Assembly: GCA_965115865.1 (NCBI GenBank)
Contig: OZ220469.1
Coordinates: 586,638 to 650,637, forward strand
DNA: 64,000 nucleotides
Direction of reading: 5' to 3'
Source: Phototrophicaceae bacterium
GTDB lineage: Bacteria; Chloroflexota; Anaerolineae; Aggregatilineales; Phototrophicaceae
The translations under genes and the position numbers were made by a program. Below the pieces are notes generated by a model. It was not told where the DNA came from. It saw only the letters and a list, made by a program, of their open reading frames with translations, and ran no database searches. Shown here in pieces: positions 17,538-26,324 of this stretch (positions are counted from its first letter, which is position 1; each line of letters starts with the position of its first letter).

Positions 17538-19082
17538 GTGTATCGCCAGGATCCCCGATACGGAAAGATCGTAGATTTTGCTTGGCTGCGGACCATCCAT
17601 CGACAGGTCGCTGACCAGATGCATCCGCGTTTCAGCATGCTCGGCGCTTTGCGGACCGTCATCCAACTCACCGGTAGCGAACCCAGTATCAATATCGCCA
17701 TCGGCGCCTCCTTACTCGCTTATTCCTTGCTCATCGCTTCGGATGAGGACGAGCTCGCTGAAGATTTGAAAGATGCCATCTTCACCCTGGCCTGGACAGA
17801 AGAGCATTGTGGCTCTGACCTGTTGAGCCTGCGCACGAGCGCGACGCCCATCATCGGCGCTGATGACGGGCGCCAATATCACTTGCGTGGTACGAAGTGG
17901 ATCATCAACAACTCCATTCACGCCGATTACCATGTGGTCCTCGCCAAGCTGGACCCCGAAAAGGATGGGCCGCGCTCGTTGTCTTTTTTCCTGGTACCGC
18001 ATAGCAGCACGAAGAATTGGCGGCGGTTGGAAACCCATGTCCTGCGTGAGATGGCGCTTTCCGCCTATGAAATCGACGGTCCTGGTCGCTTGATTGGCAA
18101 AATTGGGCATGGTCTTTCCATCGTGCAACGCATGGCGACGGCCAGTCGTTACCTTTGCAGTTATATGGGCATCGTCTGGATGCGTGAAGCCTTACCGGCA
18201 GCGATCGAACACTTGGCGAGCAAGCGGATTTTCGGTGGGCACCCCTTGGAATTCGGCAATGTTTTCCGACAAGTTTACCGGCTCACGCAAAAAGCGGCTT
18301 TGCTCGATTACCTCTTCCACCGTTCGGTAGCCTTCAATGATGGCAGCTTTTTGCAATTCCTGGGGACGATGTTGAAATCCTGGTTGCTCCTGCGCACCAA
18401 TGAAGTGTTGGTGGAAACTCTGCTCGTCACCGGCTCGAAGGGTTTTGTCGCCAGCTCGCCGATTGGCCGCAACGCGATTGACTCGTTGGTGTTACCGGTG
18501 TTTGATGGGCATTACACCGTCAACACCAATATGAGCGCCAAGCATCTGGAGCGTTATCTGGGCGCCGAGCGGAAGATATCCTTGGCAACGCGCTTGCAGA
18601 TACTGGATGAGCGCCTCTATCGCGAGACCTTCCATGAAGAGATCCACGCGCACCCGCGCAACATCCGCAAGCCTGATTTTTTCAATTTCGCCGACTATCT
18701 CGAGCAATTTTCCTTGCCGCTGACGCTGGATGCGCGCGGCTTGGTGACGACAGCGATGCGTATCCAGGAAGCGATTGCGGCGCGCGGGTTGAGCAATGAC
18801 CCCGAATACCGCTACAAAATGGGCGACTTGCTGCATTGGTTGGAATCAATCTTGGTGGCAGCGGAGATGTGGGCACAGCTGGGGCGTGAGGATTACACCA
18901 ACGCGGTGGCGATTCAATACAACGCCACGGTGGAGCTGCTGAACCGCATCATCGCCGAGAGTGCGTTGCCGCTGAAATTTTTGCAGCCGACGCGCTGGCA
19001 ACCGCTGCCGGATGTCGACGATCCGCGCGCATATCTTTTGCGTTTGTTGGCTGTCGAGCAGCGCGTACTCGAGAAATCATAA
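17538..19082 (+). CDS. Acyl-CoA dehydrogenase family protein with C-terminal extension
   Basis: GTG start with SD AGGAG 5 nt upstream. W-T-E-E-H-C-G-S-D and G-T-K-W-I-I-N-N match the middle beta-domain motifs. The usual Y-E-G segment reads F-D-G. About 150 extra C-terminal residues. Confidence 0.6.
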   Translation: MYRQDPRYGKIVDFAWLRTIHRQVADQMHPRFSMLGALRTVIQLTGSEPSINIAIGASLLAYSLLIASDEDELAEDLKDAIFTLAWTEEHCGSDLLSLRTSATPIIGADDGRQYHLRGTKWIINNSIHADYHVVLAKLDPEKDGPRSLSFFLVPHSSTKNWRRLETHVLREMALSAYEIDGPGRLIGKIGHGLSIVQRMATASRYLCSYMGIVWMREALPAAIEHLASKRIFGGHPLEFGNVFRQVYRLTQKAALLDYLFHRSVAFNDGSFLQFLGTMLKSWLLLRTNEVLVETLLVTGSKGFVASSPIGRNAIDSLVLPVFDGHYTVNTNMSAKHLERYLGAERKISLATRLQILDERLYRETFHEEIHAHPRNIRKPDFFNFADYLEQFSLPLTLDARGLVTTAMRIQEAIAARGLSNDPEYRYKMGDLLHWLESILVAAEMWAQLGREDYTNAVAIQYNATVELLNRIIAESALPLKFLQPTRWQPLPDVDDPRAYLLRLLAVEQRVLEKS

Positions 19083-19254
19083 GCGCAGCGATCCACCCTG
19101 GTCATCGTTCAAGATTTTGGGATGCGCGAACGGGTTGAGGGTGAGGAGTTGATGGCTCCCACGGGGTGGGGTGGTTGGCCGATTGACCGTTGGGGTGCTC
19201 GTTTCAGCCAGGATTGGTCTTTCCCCCTTTCATTTTGCTCAGGGCAATCGGTAA

Positions 19255-19280
19255 AGCCAAAGGGCATTGGCTCTTTTTTC
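19255..19280 (+). terminator. Intrinsic terminator-like hairpin plus T6 tract
   Basis: AGCCAA-AGGGCA-TTGGCT followed by CTTTTTTC. It lies 173 nt downstream of the acyl-CoA dehydrogenase stop. Confidence 0.45.
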
Positions 19281-19282
19281 CG

Positions 19283-19291
19283 TGTTACAAT
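19283..19291 (+). promoter_or_regulatory. Extended -10 promoter element TGTTACAAT upstream of the 929-aa gene
   Basis: CCGTGTTACAATTGATTTGGGGATATG, with 12 nt between the -10 and the ATG. Confidence 0.4.
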
Positions 19292-19303
19292 TGATTTGGG
19301 GAT

Positions 19304-22093
19304 ATGAAGGAATCGAATTTGCCCTTTCAATTGCCGCAATTCCTCTTCGGGCGTGTAGTGACCGCCGAGAGCCAAGCGGACGAGCGAGACATCATCGCCA
19401 GTAGCGCGGGGCTGGGCCGGACCGAGGCGCGCGCCTGGGTGGAACTCATCGCGTTGGCGCCGCTGGACCTTGAGGCTCATTCCCTGGGCATTTTCGCTCA
19501 CCCCACGCAGGATGAGTGGTTGCTCGCGCGTTGTCATTATCATCAGGCCGATTTGAGCTTGCCGACTTTGCAGCTCATCCCTTTGCCGGCCGAATTGCGG
19601 CGGGCGACCCGCGGTGGTTTGTTGCGCTTGGAGCGTTTATTGCGCGCGCCGCCCCGATTGAGCGCTGCGCCTTTGCCGAGCTTAGCGGCGCTGACGGTTC
19701 CTGACACTGCCCTCAAGCCCAATCCGCGCCCGCGTGCGTTGGCGGCGCTCCCTTGGTTGCAGGATGCGGAAGCCGCCATACCGCTGCTATTGAGGTTGTT
19801 GGCGGCGGCGCTCTCGCCTGCAGGCTTGGTCGTCCATAACGCGCCGCGGGAATTGCTACCGCGCTTGCGCCTGGTCGCTGCCTTACAGGCGTTGTTGCCG
19901 CGCATCGCACCACAACTCAGTTTCAGCACCAATGCCCCGCACGCCGCTTGCGCCACCGCCGCCATCCGCTTCTACGATGGAAAAAAAGAGGGCGCGGGTG
20001 TGCAGGATTTTTTCCCCTGGCCGGCGGCCGCGGCAAGCGAAATGCCCAATTGGGACGCCGAAAAGCCGAATGGGTTCGGACCTTACGCCGCGCATTTACT
20101 CCGTTGTTGGCAGGAAGGCGGTGAGCCAGCTGCCCTAGCGGCCTTGAAAGAGATGGACCGCCTCGCCGCGCATCGTTTCGGTGTTGGTCCGCTGACGGTA
20201 GCATTGGATGAGCTTGCGGAGCGCCACAGTTTGGCTTGGCGCATCCAACGCGGTGAAGCTGTGGAAACCCAGCAGATTCACACCCTGTTGGAGGATGAAA
20301 TTCCGCCACCTGCGCAACACCTGCCGCTCTATTTGCGGGCATTGTTGCGTGAGGAGCTCAAGAACCATGACAGCGAGGAAGCCGCCCTAATTATGCGTTA
20401 TATGGACGCAAATGAGGCGCTGGATCGCGAGCTCAACCAGCAATTGGAGGAGAAACTCGCCGAAGAGCCCGATGCGGTCTACCGTTTTTTGCGTCAGCGC
20501 GTCCAGGACTCGCCCTCAGCGCGTTGGCGGGAGCGTTTGGGACGGGCGGCGCAAGCGGCCCTACGCATTGCCATCGCCGAAGGGGATGCCGCCATCATCA
20601 CCGTTTGGTTGCAATTGATCGCCCGTGAACCGGCCGAATATGAATTGCGGCCGCACCTGCTCCAGGGCATCGCCGCCGCGCAGGGGCAAGCGCGCGCGGA
20701 TGGCCAATTGGCAACGACACTGTTTTCTTTAGCGCTGCACTTCGCTCATGAGGCCTTGCCCGCTCTCCTAGGGGATAAAGCGTTGCTGCGCGCGTTGCCA
20801 GCCGGTCTTGGCAATGCATTGCTCGCGGCAACTGCGGATGACCACTCCCTGGATTATGCCTCTATGCCGAAAGGCCTGCTGGCGTTGGCCCTGGCGCGGC
20901 TCACCGAGTCCGCCATGAAACACAGTCCTCCCGCCGCCGCCATCAGCACTGAGGGTGCCCTATGGCTCTTGGATTGTGCCCTCTCGGGTAGCTTGGCCTG
21001 GTTACCAGCAGAGTATCAAACGATGCAGACGCTCGAAAGTTGGTTGCAAGCCAAGCGGCCACCACTTGCCGAGAAAACACGCCGCAAATTGTTGCGTGGC
21101 TTGTTCGCTTATGGTGCGGATGCGCAATTCCAGCAAGCCTGCGCAAATTGGGGATTGCCAGCGCCGCCGCAACTGGCCAAGCTGTTGCTCGCTAGCGGGC
21201 GGCCCTTGGAGGAACTGCTCGCAATTGTCAAGCACCTAGCGCAAGATGCTCGTTTGTCCCCCAACGACGAACGAGAGACTTACGAGGCCTTGCTTACCGC
21301 CAGCGAGGCGGAGGATGTTTTCCCAATCATTGAGCAAATTGCTTGGTGGGCGGAAACACACCCACGATTGAAGTTACCATTGCCCTTGTGTTGGCAGTTG
21401 TTGTCGGCGGCGGCGGATGCAGAGGACGAGGCGGTGGCGCGCATCGCCTTGCGCCGCGCCGTCGCCGAGCTGGAAGAGGAAAACGAAGTTTCCGCTCTGG
21501 TAGCGGCGCTGGAGCGGGCGCAAGGCTTGTTGTCCTGGTCTGAGAACCTGCGCGCCTCGTTGGTGCAATGGTGGCGGCAACGCATCAGCCTGATACCGCT
21601 TGCCATGCTCTCGGCCTTGGATGATGCCCTGAAAAAGGCGGCCGGACTGGACGAGGTGCGTGCGGCAACACAGACGATATTGGCCTTGCGTGTCTTATTG
21701 ATGAAAATGGATGGTCCGGCTTTCGCCGCTCAATTGCGCCGCACCTTGGTCAGTTTGGTGATGTTGGCCGATGCTTTCGAGCCCTTATCCCAAAATGGGA
21801 TGCAATTCGACGGCGAGGCGGCCCAAATGGCGCTTCGTACCCATGCCAGTGGCCTTTCACAAGAAGAGGAACGCGTGCTCGGTAAAGATTGTCAGGAATT
21901 GGCGCATTTGCTCACGCAGCTGGCGGAGCACCGAACGCGTGGCAATGTCATCCGCGGCGCTGAGGAGTTGGAGCGGCGTTTGATGGCCGGTTCGCAAGCG
22001 CCGCAAGGGGCCTTGGATATGTTGAAATGGTTCGCCGGTTATTGGGGTGGTCTCCAGGATCGCTCAACAAAGGCGCCGGAGGAAACGGGTTAG
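19304..22093 (+). CDS. Large (929 aa) Ala/Leu-rich helical-repeat protein of unknown function
   Basis: Uninterrupted 2.8-kb ORF with GC-rich third positions throughout. No P-loop, TM segment or metal-binding cluster seen. Its own TGTTACAAT extended -10 lies upstream. Confidence 0.6.
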   Translation: MKESNLPFQLPQFLFGRVVTAESQADERDIIASSAGLGRTEARAWVELIALAPLDLEAHSLGIFAHPTQDEWLLARCHYHQADLSLPTLQLIPLPAELRRATRGGLLRLERLLRAPPRLSAAPLPSLAALTVPDTALKPNPRPRALAALPWLQDAEAAIPLLLRLLAAALSPAGLVVHNAPRELLPRLRLVAALQALLPRIAPQLSFSTNAPHAACATAAIRFYDGKKEGAGVQDFFPWPAAAASEMPNWDAEKPNGFGPYAAHLLRCWQEGGEPAALAALKEMDRLAAHRFGVGPLTVALDELAERHSLAWRIQRGEAVETQQIHTLLEDEIPPPAQHLPLYLRALLREELKNHDSEEAALIMRYMDANEALDRELNQQLEEKLAEEPDAVYRFLRQRVQDSPSARWRERLGRAAQAALRIAIAEGDAAIITVWLQLIAREPAEYELRPHLLQGIAAAQGQARADGQLATTLFSLALHFAHEALPALLGDKALLRALPAGLGNALLAATADDHSLDYASMPKGLLALALARLTESAMKHSPPAAAISTEGALWLLDCALSGSLAWLPAEYQTMQTLESWLQAKRPPLAEKTRRKLLRGLFAYGADAQFQQACANWGLPAPPQLAKLLLASGRPLEELLAIVKHLAQDARLSPNDERETYEALLTASEAEDVFPIIEQIAWWAETHPRLKLPLPLCWQLLSAAADAEDEAVARIALRRAVAELEEENEVSALVAALERAQGLLSWSENLRASLVQWWRQRISLIPLAMLSALDDALKKAAGLDEVRAATQTILALRVLLMKMDGPAFAAQLRRTLVSLVMLADAFEPLSQNGMQFDGEAAQMALRTHASGLSQEEERVLGKDCQELAHLLTQLAEHRTRGNVIRGAEELERRLMAGSQAPQGALDMLKWFAGYWGGLQDRSTKAPEETG

Positions 22094-22647
22094 GGTAAGG
22101 CGTCACTTTCCCGCAAACTGGCGAAGGTTGGGTTGTTTCGGTCGCGTTTGGACAGCCGAGGTGAACGCGTCCCCCAGTTGAGCGCGAAATCGGCATCATT
22201 CCAGGCGAGGCCCCATTCGTCGGCGGCGCCGCCGCGGTAGTTGCGGTTGACGATATAGAGCAGTGCGCAAGCGCTTTCCGCAAAAAAACCATGCGCGACT
22301 CCGGGGGGGATGAGCAGGCCGCGGGGCGCCTTGGCTTCCAGCGTGAGCATGGCGCTAGCGCGAAAGCTCGGCGAATTTTGCCGCAAATCCACCAAACCGA
22401 CGCGTAGCAATCCGGCAATTGGGTACCAATAATCCAATTGTTGGCGGTGAAAATGGAGGCCGCGCAAGACGCCGGCATGGCTGATGGAATGGTTCTGTTG
22501 CAACTCTGACCAATCGACATCGGGGAACCAGCTGCGACGGAAACTCTCGCGAAAGCTACCCCGCTCGTCTTCGGCAGCGCGCAAATGGGCCAACTGAACG
22601 CCCTGGATTTTGGGCAGCGCTTCGATCTCAACCAGCATCCCGTTCAC
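22090..22647 (-). CDS. rfbC: dTDP-4-dehydrorhamnose 3,5-epimerase
   Basis: D.RG.F.E.F......... Q.N.S.S..GVLRGLH.H......D.WY...G......VDLR and GVAHGF cupin motifs. About 185 aa. Confidence 0.8.
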   Translation of the reverse strand: MNGMLVEIEALPKIQGVQLAHLRAAEDERGSFRESFRRSWFPDVDWSELQQNHSISHAGVLRGLHFHRQQLDYWYPIAGLLRVGLVDLRQNSPSFRASAMLTLEAKAPRGLLIPPGVAHGFFAESACALLYIVNRNYRGGAADEWGLAWNDADFALNWGTRSPRLSKRDRNNPTFASLRESDALP

Positions 22648-24055
22648 CTCGTCTTTGGCGCGCGCGCCACCAGCTGCGGAAGGGGACTTTGGCGAGAGCG
22701 GGAAAATCGCGTTGCTCCGTCCAGCGGTCGAAAGGGGCGGGTAGTCGTTGAAGCGCGCCGCGCCTTTGCGCTCCTGCGCGGGTCGCGCGCTCAGCCAAGC
22801 CGCCGCCGACTTGAAAGAGCAGCGGGTGTCGGTTGGCGAACGCCCAGGCTTTCATCCCCCAATTCCAGGTGCTTGCTTGTTGCTCGCGCAGGTCGCGTCG
22901 TAAGCGCAAGAGCATATCGGGGATGTTGATGTCAACTGGGCAACTCTCTTTGCAGGCCCCGCAGAGGCTGCTGGCGAAGGGGAGCGTTTGCGCTGCCTCT
23001 TTGCCAGCCAACCCCGGTGTCACGACAGCACCAATTGGCCCGGAATAAACCGAGCCATAGGCATGTCCACCGACATTGCGATAGACCGGGCAAACATTCA
23101 GGCAGGCGCCACAGCGCAAGCAAGCCAGGGCCTCGCGGTATTCGCTTGCGTAGATACGGCTGCGGCCGTTGTCCAGGAGGACGAGGTGAAATTGGCGCGG
23201 ACCGTCATCATCCCCCGCGGCGGCCGGACCATTGATGATGTTGACATAAACTGTCAAGGTTTGTCCGGCACCGTTCAAGGCTAGCAATTGCACCAGGGTG
23301 GCGAAATCACGCCAAGTCGGGACGATTTTCTCGATGCCGACAACGGCGATATGCAAATCAGGCAGGGAGGTGCTGAGGCGGCCGTTGCCCTCGTTGGTGA
23401 TGATGACGAGGCTGCCAGTTTCGGCGATGAGAAAATTGCCGCCACTCATGCCAAAATCAGCGGCGAGAAACTTCTCGCGCAGGTAGCGGCGGGTGAAGGC
23501 CGTCATCTCTTCTGCGCTGGTCTCCGCGTTGGTTTCCATGCCGAGCCGTTCTCGGAAAATGTGGCGGATATTCTCTTGCGTTCGGTGCATCACCGGCATC
23601 ACGATATGGCTTGGGTGGTCATCCGAGATTTGCACGATGAATTCGCCGAGGTCGGTTTCGATCATTTCGATGCCATGTTGGGCCAAGAAGGGCACCAACT
23701 CAATTTCCTCGGTGGCCATGCTCTTGGATTTAACACCGTGGCGCAGGTTGTTTTCCTGGCAGAGGCGCAAAATGTGTTGATTCGCTTCAGCGGCGTCGCG
23801 TGCCCAATGAACCTGGCCGCCATTCGTGACGAGGCGCTCCTCGAATTGCTCGAGCAAGGCGGGTAAATCTCGCAAGGCGCGCATCTTGGCGCCCCGTGCT
23901 TGTTGGCGCAGAGCACGATAATCGGGCAGGGAAGTTTGCATTTCGGCCACGCGCTCGAGGACGAAGCCGGTGCTACGGCCGACCGCCGACCGCATCTCGA
24001 TATCATCGAGGGCGATGGTGGCTGCTCTGGAGAATTCATTGGCGCGGGTTTTCAC
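22628..24055 (-). CDS. lutB: Lactate-utilization protein B-like iron-sulfur protein (LUD domain + 2x4Fe-4S)
   Basis: GTG start with SD GAGAAAAGG. CLRCGACLNVCPVY and a second cluster CGACKESCPV, plus the LUD/DUF162 core. About 475 aa, as in LutB. Confidence 0.8.
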   Translation of the reverse strand: MKTRANEFSRAATIALDDIEMRSAVGRSTGFVLERVAEMQTSLPDYRALRQQARGAKMRALRDLPALLEQFEERLVTNGGQVHWARDAAEANQHILRLCQENNLRHGVKSKSMATEEIELVPFLAQHGIEMIETDLGEFIVQISDDHPSHIVMPVMHRTQENIRHIFRERLGMETNAETSAEEMTAFTRRYLREKFLAADFGMSGGNFLIAETGSLVIITNEGNGRLSTSLPDLHIAVVGIEKIVPTWRDFATLVQLLALNGAGQTLTVYVNIINGPAAAGDDDGPRQFHLVLLDNGRSRIYASEYREALACLRCGACLNVCPVYRNVGGHAYGSVYSGPIGAVVTPGLAGKEAAQTLPFASSLCGACKESCPVDINIPDMLLRLRRDLREQQASTWNWGMKAWAFANRHPLLFQVGGGLAERATRAGAQRRGALQRLPAPFDRWTEQRDFPALAKVPFRSWWRARQRRGERDAG

Positions 24056-24082
24056 AGTGGGCCTTTTCTCGTTGGCTTGGTC

Positions 24083-24088
24083 AGTATA
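24083..24088 (-). promoter_or_regulatory. Candidate -10 box TATACT upstream of lutB
   Basis: The minus strand reads CGGTATACTGACCAAGCCAACGAGAAAAGGCCCACTGTG. Confidence 0.3.
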
Positions 24089-24187
24089 CCGCAGCCGAGT
24101 GGCAAGATGGGTTCTTTTTCTCCGTAGCCGCGAGGAGTGGGTTGTTTTATGCTGGGAGCGAGATTGTTGGCTTGGCGCTCGGGAGTC

Positions 24188-24814
24188 ATGGCCGCTTTTT
24201 TTCTAGTGTTAGAGGGTATGGATGGTGTGGGGAAAACGCGTCTGGCTCAGGGCATTCGGGCGGCGCTTGCCTCCCGAATCGCCGTCGAGCTGACGCAAGA
24301 GCCGCGCAGCGATTGTTGCGCCGGGATTTTCTTGCGCAAAGTCTTGCGCAAAGAACGCGAGGCGGATACCTGGACGCAAGCGCTGGCTTTCGCGGCCAAC
24401 CGCGCCGACCACAACGCGCGCGTCATCGAGCCATTCTTACGAGAGCATACACAAGGCTTGCTCATATCTGACCGTTATTATCTCTCTTCGCTCGTCTATC
24501 AGGCCCGCGATGCCCACACCTTTGCGGCGGTTTTGCAACTTAATGCCCGCGCTCGCCGACCCGACCTGACGCTTTTCCTCGATGCGCCGCCGAATACCTT
24601 GGCGGGGCGCCAGCGCGACCGCTCGCGGCAACCCGAGCTTTACGATGGCGAGATGTCGCAGACGCGCGCGCGCTATGAAAAGGCGATGACTTTCTTGCGT
24701 GACCGCGGGGAGTCCATTGCGGTGTTGGCGGCGACCGCGACGCCGGCCGATTTGCTGCAAATGGCATTGCAGGCCTTGCGAGAGAGCGGTCCACCTTGGT
24801 TGAATCTGAGCTAG
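24188..24814 (+). CDS. tmk: Thymidylate kinase
   Basis: P-loop L-E-G-M-D-G-V-G-K-T and the D-R-Y-Y-L-S-S-L-V-Y-Q motif. SD GGGAG lies 3 nt upstream of ATG 24188. Confidence 0.85.
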   Translation: MAAFFLVLEGMDGVGKTRLAQGIRAALASRIAVELTQEPRSDCCAGIFLRKVLRKEREADTWTQALAFAANRADHNARVIEPFLREHTQGLLISDRYYLSSLVYQARDAHTFAAVLQLNARARRPDLTLFLDAPPNTLAGRQRDRSRQPELYDGEMSQTRARYEKAMTFLRDRGESIAVLAATATPADLLQMALQALRESGPPWLNLS

Positions 24815-24877
24815 AATCAGCGTCTGCTTTGTGCTATTGTTTTTGCTACTGTTCGTGAATCTTCCCAAAAAAGAGAC

Positions 24878-25237
24878 ATGCCGATTTACACTTACCGACG
24901 AGAAGACGATAGCCGTTTTGATGTCAAGCAAGCCTTTCACGAGGACCCGCTGGAATTTTGCCCGGATAGTGGTCAGCGCGTCGTCCGTGTTGTCCAACCG
25001 GTCGGCATCGTTTTTAAGGGCAGCGGTTTTTATGTCAACGACAGCAAGGCCGTGAAATCCAGTGGCGGTGCGGCGCCGAGTGAGAATGGCCAATCCCCTG
25101 TTGGTGAGGCGAAAAAAGATGACGGCGTAGACAAGGCCGATGGCAAAGATTCAGCGAAAACGGAAGCAAAAACTGACGGGGAAAAGCCGGCAAAATCCGC
25201 TAAGAAAGAGCCCAACAGGGTTGCTGCTGCTGGCTAA
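24878..25237 (+). CDS. FmdB-family (CxxC_CxxC_SSSS) protein with degenerate zinc ribbon and Lys/Ala/Asp-rich tail
   Basis: M-P-I-Y-T-Y-R... and ...F-K-G-S-G-F-Y-V-N-D-S match the FmdB family frame. Only one of the four usual Cys residues is retained. Confidence 0.55.
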   Translation: MPIYTYRREDDSRFDVKQAFHEDPLEFCPDSGQRVVRVVQPVGIVFKGSGFYVNDSKAVKSSGGAAPSENGQSPVGEAKKDDGVDKADGKDSAKTEAKTDGEKPAKSAKKEPNRVAAAG

Positions 25238-25251
25238 AGCGGGCCAGGCCA

Positions 25252-25563
25252 CTACAACTGAAAATCGCCGCTGGTTCGGACAATCTTATAACTGAAATTT
25301 TGCACATAGCGCTCCAACTTATCACAGAGCAGCGCCCATTGCTCCGAATCCAGGATGGTGCGCGCTTTGAGGAGGCTTTCCAAGAGCCCGCCGGTCATGA
25401 TTTGTGGTGTATCGAGGTCACGGCTGTAATGCGTGAGCCAGGCCTCGCAATGGCGTATGCCGAGCGCTTCCACGCCAGGCATCCACTCGCGCAACACGAA
25501 TTCGGAATATTCCTCATCGCTGCCGGGCTTGACATCCCAATACATCAGTATTTTGAAGTTCAA
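25252..25563 (-). CDS. Hypothetical small protein (about 103 aa)
   Basis: TTG start with SD GGAG 7 nt upstream, 13 nt after the stop of the upstream gene. No motif recognised. Confidence 0.45.
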   Translation of the reverse strand: MNFKILMYWDVKPGSDEEYSEFVLREWMPGVEALGIRHCEAWLTHYSRDLDTPQIMTGGLLESLLKARTILDSEQWALLCDKLERYVQNFSYKIVRTSGDFQL

Positions 25564-25576
25564 AGCAAACTCCGAA

Positions 25577-26227
25577 TCAGGCTGGCTTGAGGGGGATGAT
25601 TTGTGTGCCCGCTTCCGCGGCGAGGGTGCCGGAACTCAGCTGTAGTGAAGATTGGGGCTCTGGTTGAGGTTGGTCCAGGGCACTTACGAATTCTTTGAGG
25701 GCCGTGCTCGCTTCTAGACCGCTGGCGGGTATATCGCAATACAGCGGCACAACATAAATGGGTTGTAAGGCGCGGGTCAGCTCGGCGGCTTCTTGTCCGG
25801 TTAGGCAAGACCCCAAAGGCAGGAGCAACGCGCTGAGTGGCTCGTCGAAAGGCAATAGGGAATTGGGCGTGGCCGGTCGCTCGGTCAGCGGTCCCAAATG
25901 CAGGATGGTGATGCCATCGTCATGAAAGAGGAAAGCGCTGTGCGCTTGCGGTTGAGCATCATCGCTTGCCAAATTTGGCATGATTGGCAAGCCATGGATG
26001 AAGAGGCCGCCGATCTCGTATTCTCCCGGCCCATCGAGCACATGCTGTAAGTCGCGGAAGGGCAATTTATCGGCCGGCCGGCCGGCGCTAAAGGTGGCGA
26101 TCTCCGCGCTCAGTTTTTTGCTACCAGCGCGTTTGCCCAAAGCTTTGGGGTAGGGGTCGGTGATGATGCTGGGCAAACCACTTTGCACGAGGCGTGTGCA
26201 AGTCTGGCCATAATAAGTGATGCGCAT
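25577..26227 (-). CDS. Metallo-beta-lactamase-fold (Lactamase_B_3-like) protein lacking the HxHxDH motif
   Basis: The N-terminus M-R-I-T-Y-Y-G-Q-T-C...I-I-T-D-P-Y resembles UPF0173/UlaG-like MBL proteins. The position of the His motif reads E-I-A-T-F-S-A-G. ATG 26227 with SD GAGAGGGA; the ORF opens at GTG 26233. Confidence 0.45.
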   Translation of the reverse strand: MRITYYGQTCTRLVQSGLPSIITDPYPKALGKRAGSKKLSAEIATFSAGRPADKLPFRDLQHVLDGPGEYEIGGLFIHGLPIMPNLASDDAQPQAHSAFLFHDDGITILHLGPLTERPATPNSLLPFDEPLSALLLPLGSCLTGQEAAELTRALQPIYVVPLYCDIPASGLEASTALKEFVSALDQPQPEPQSSLQLSSGTLAAEAGTQIIPLKPA

Positions 26228-26324
26228 GGGCACGAGTCCCTCTCGGTTGTTTCCATTTCACCGTTTCGCCACCCATAGAATAGCCGAATGGGCGGCGCGT
26301 AACCAGTTGGGGGTGATGGCGGCA

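Noticed and set aside
19163-19196. G-rich tract GGGGTGGGGTGGTTGG...GGGG, considered as a G-quadruplex.
   Set aside because: There are only three runs of three or more G residues within a reasonable loop distance. This is not a convincing four-run G4 motif.
19122-19307. A Trp/Gly-rich small ORF (51-61 aa) whose TGA overlaps the ATG of the 929-aa gene as ATGA. It could be a coupled upstream peptide or a RiPP-like precursor.
   Set aside because: Its third-position GC is about 50 percent, far below neighbouring genes. An intrinsic terminator and the TGTTACAAT promoter lie inside it. No modifying enzymes are nearby. It is kept only as part of the possible sRNA region.
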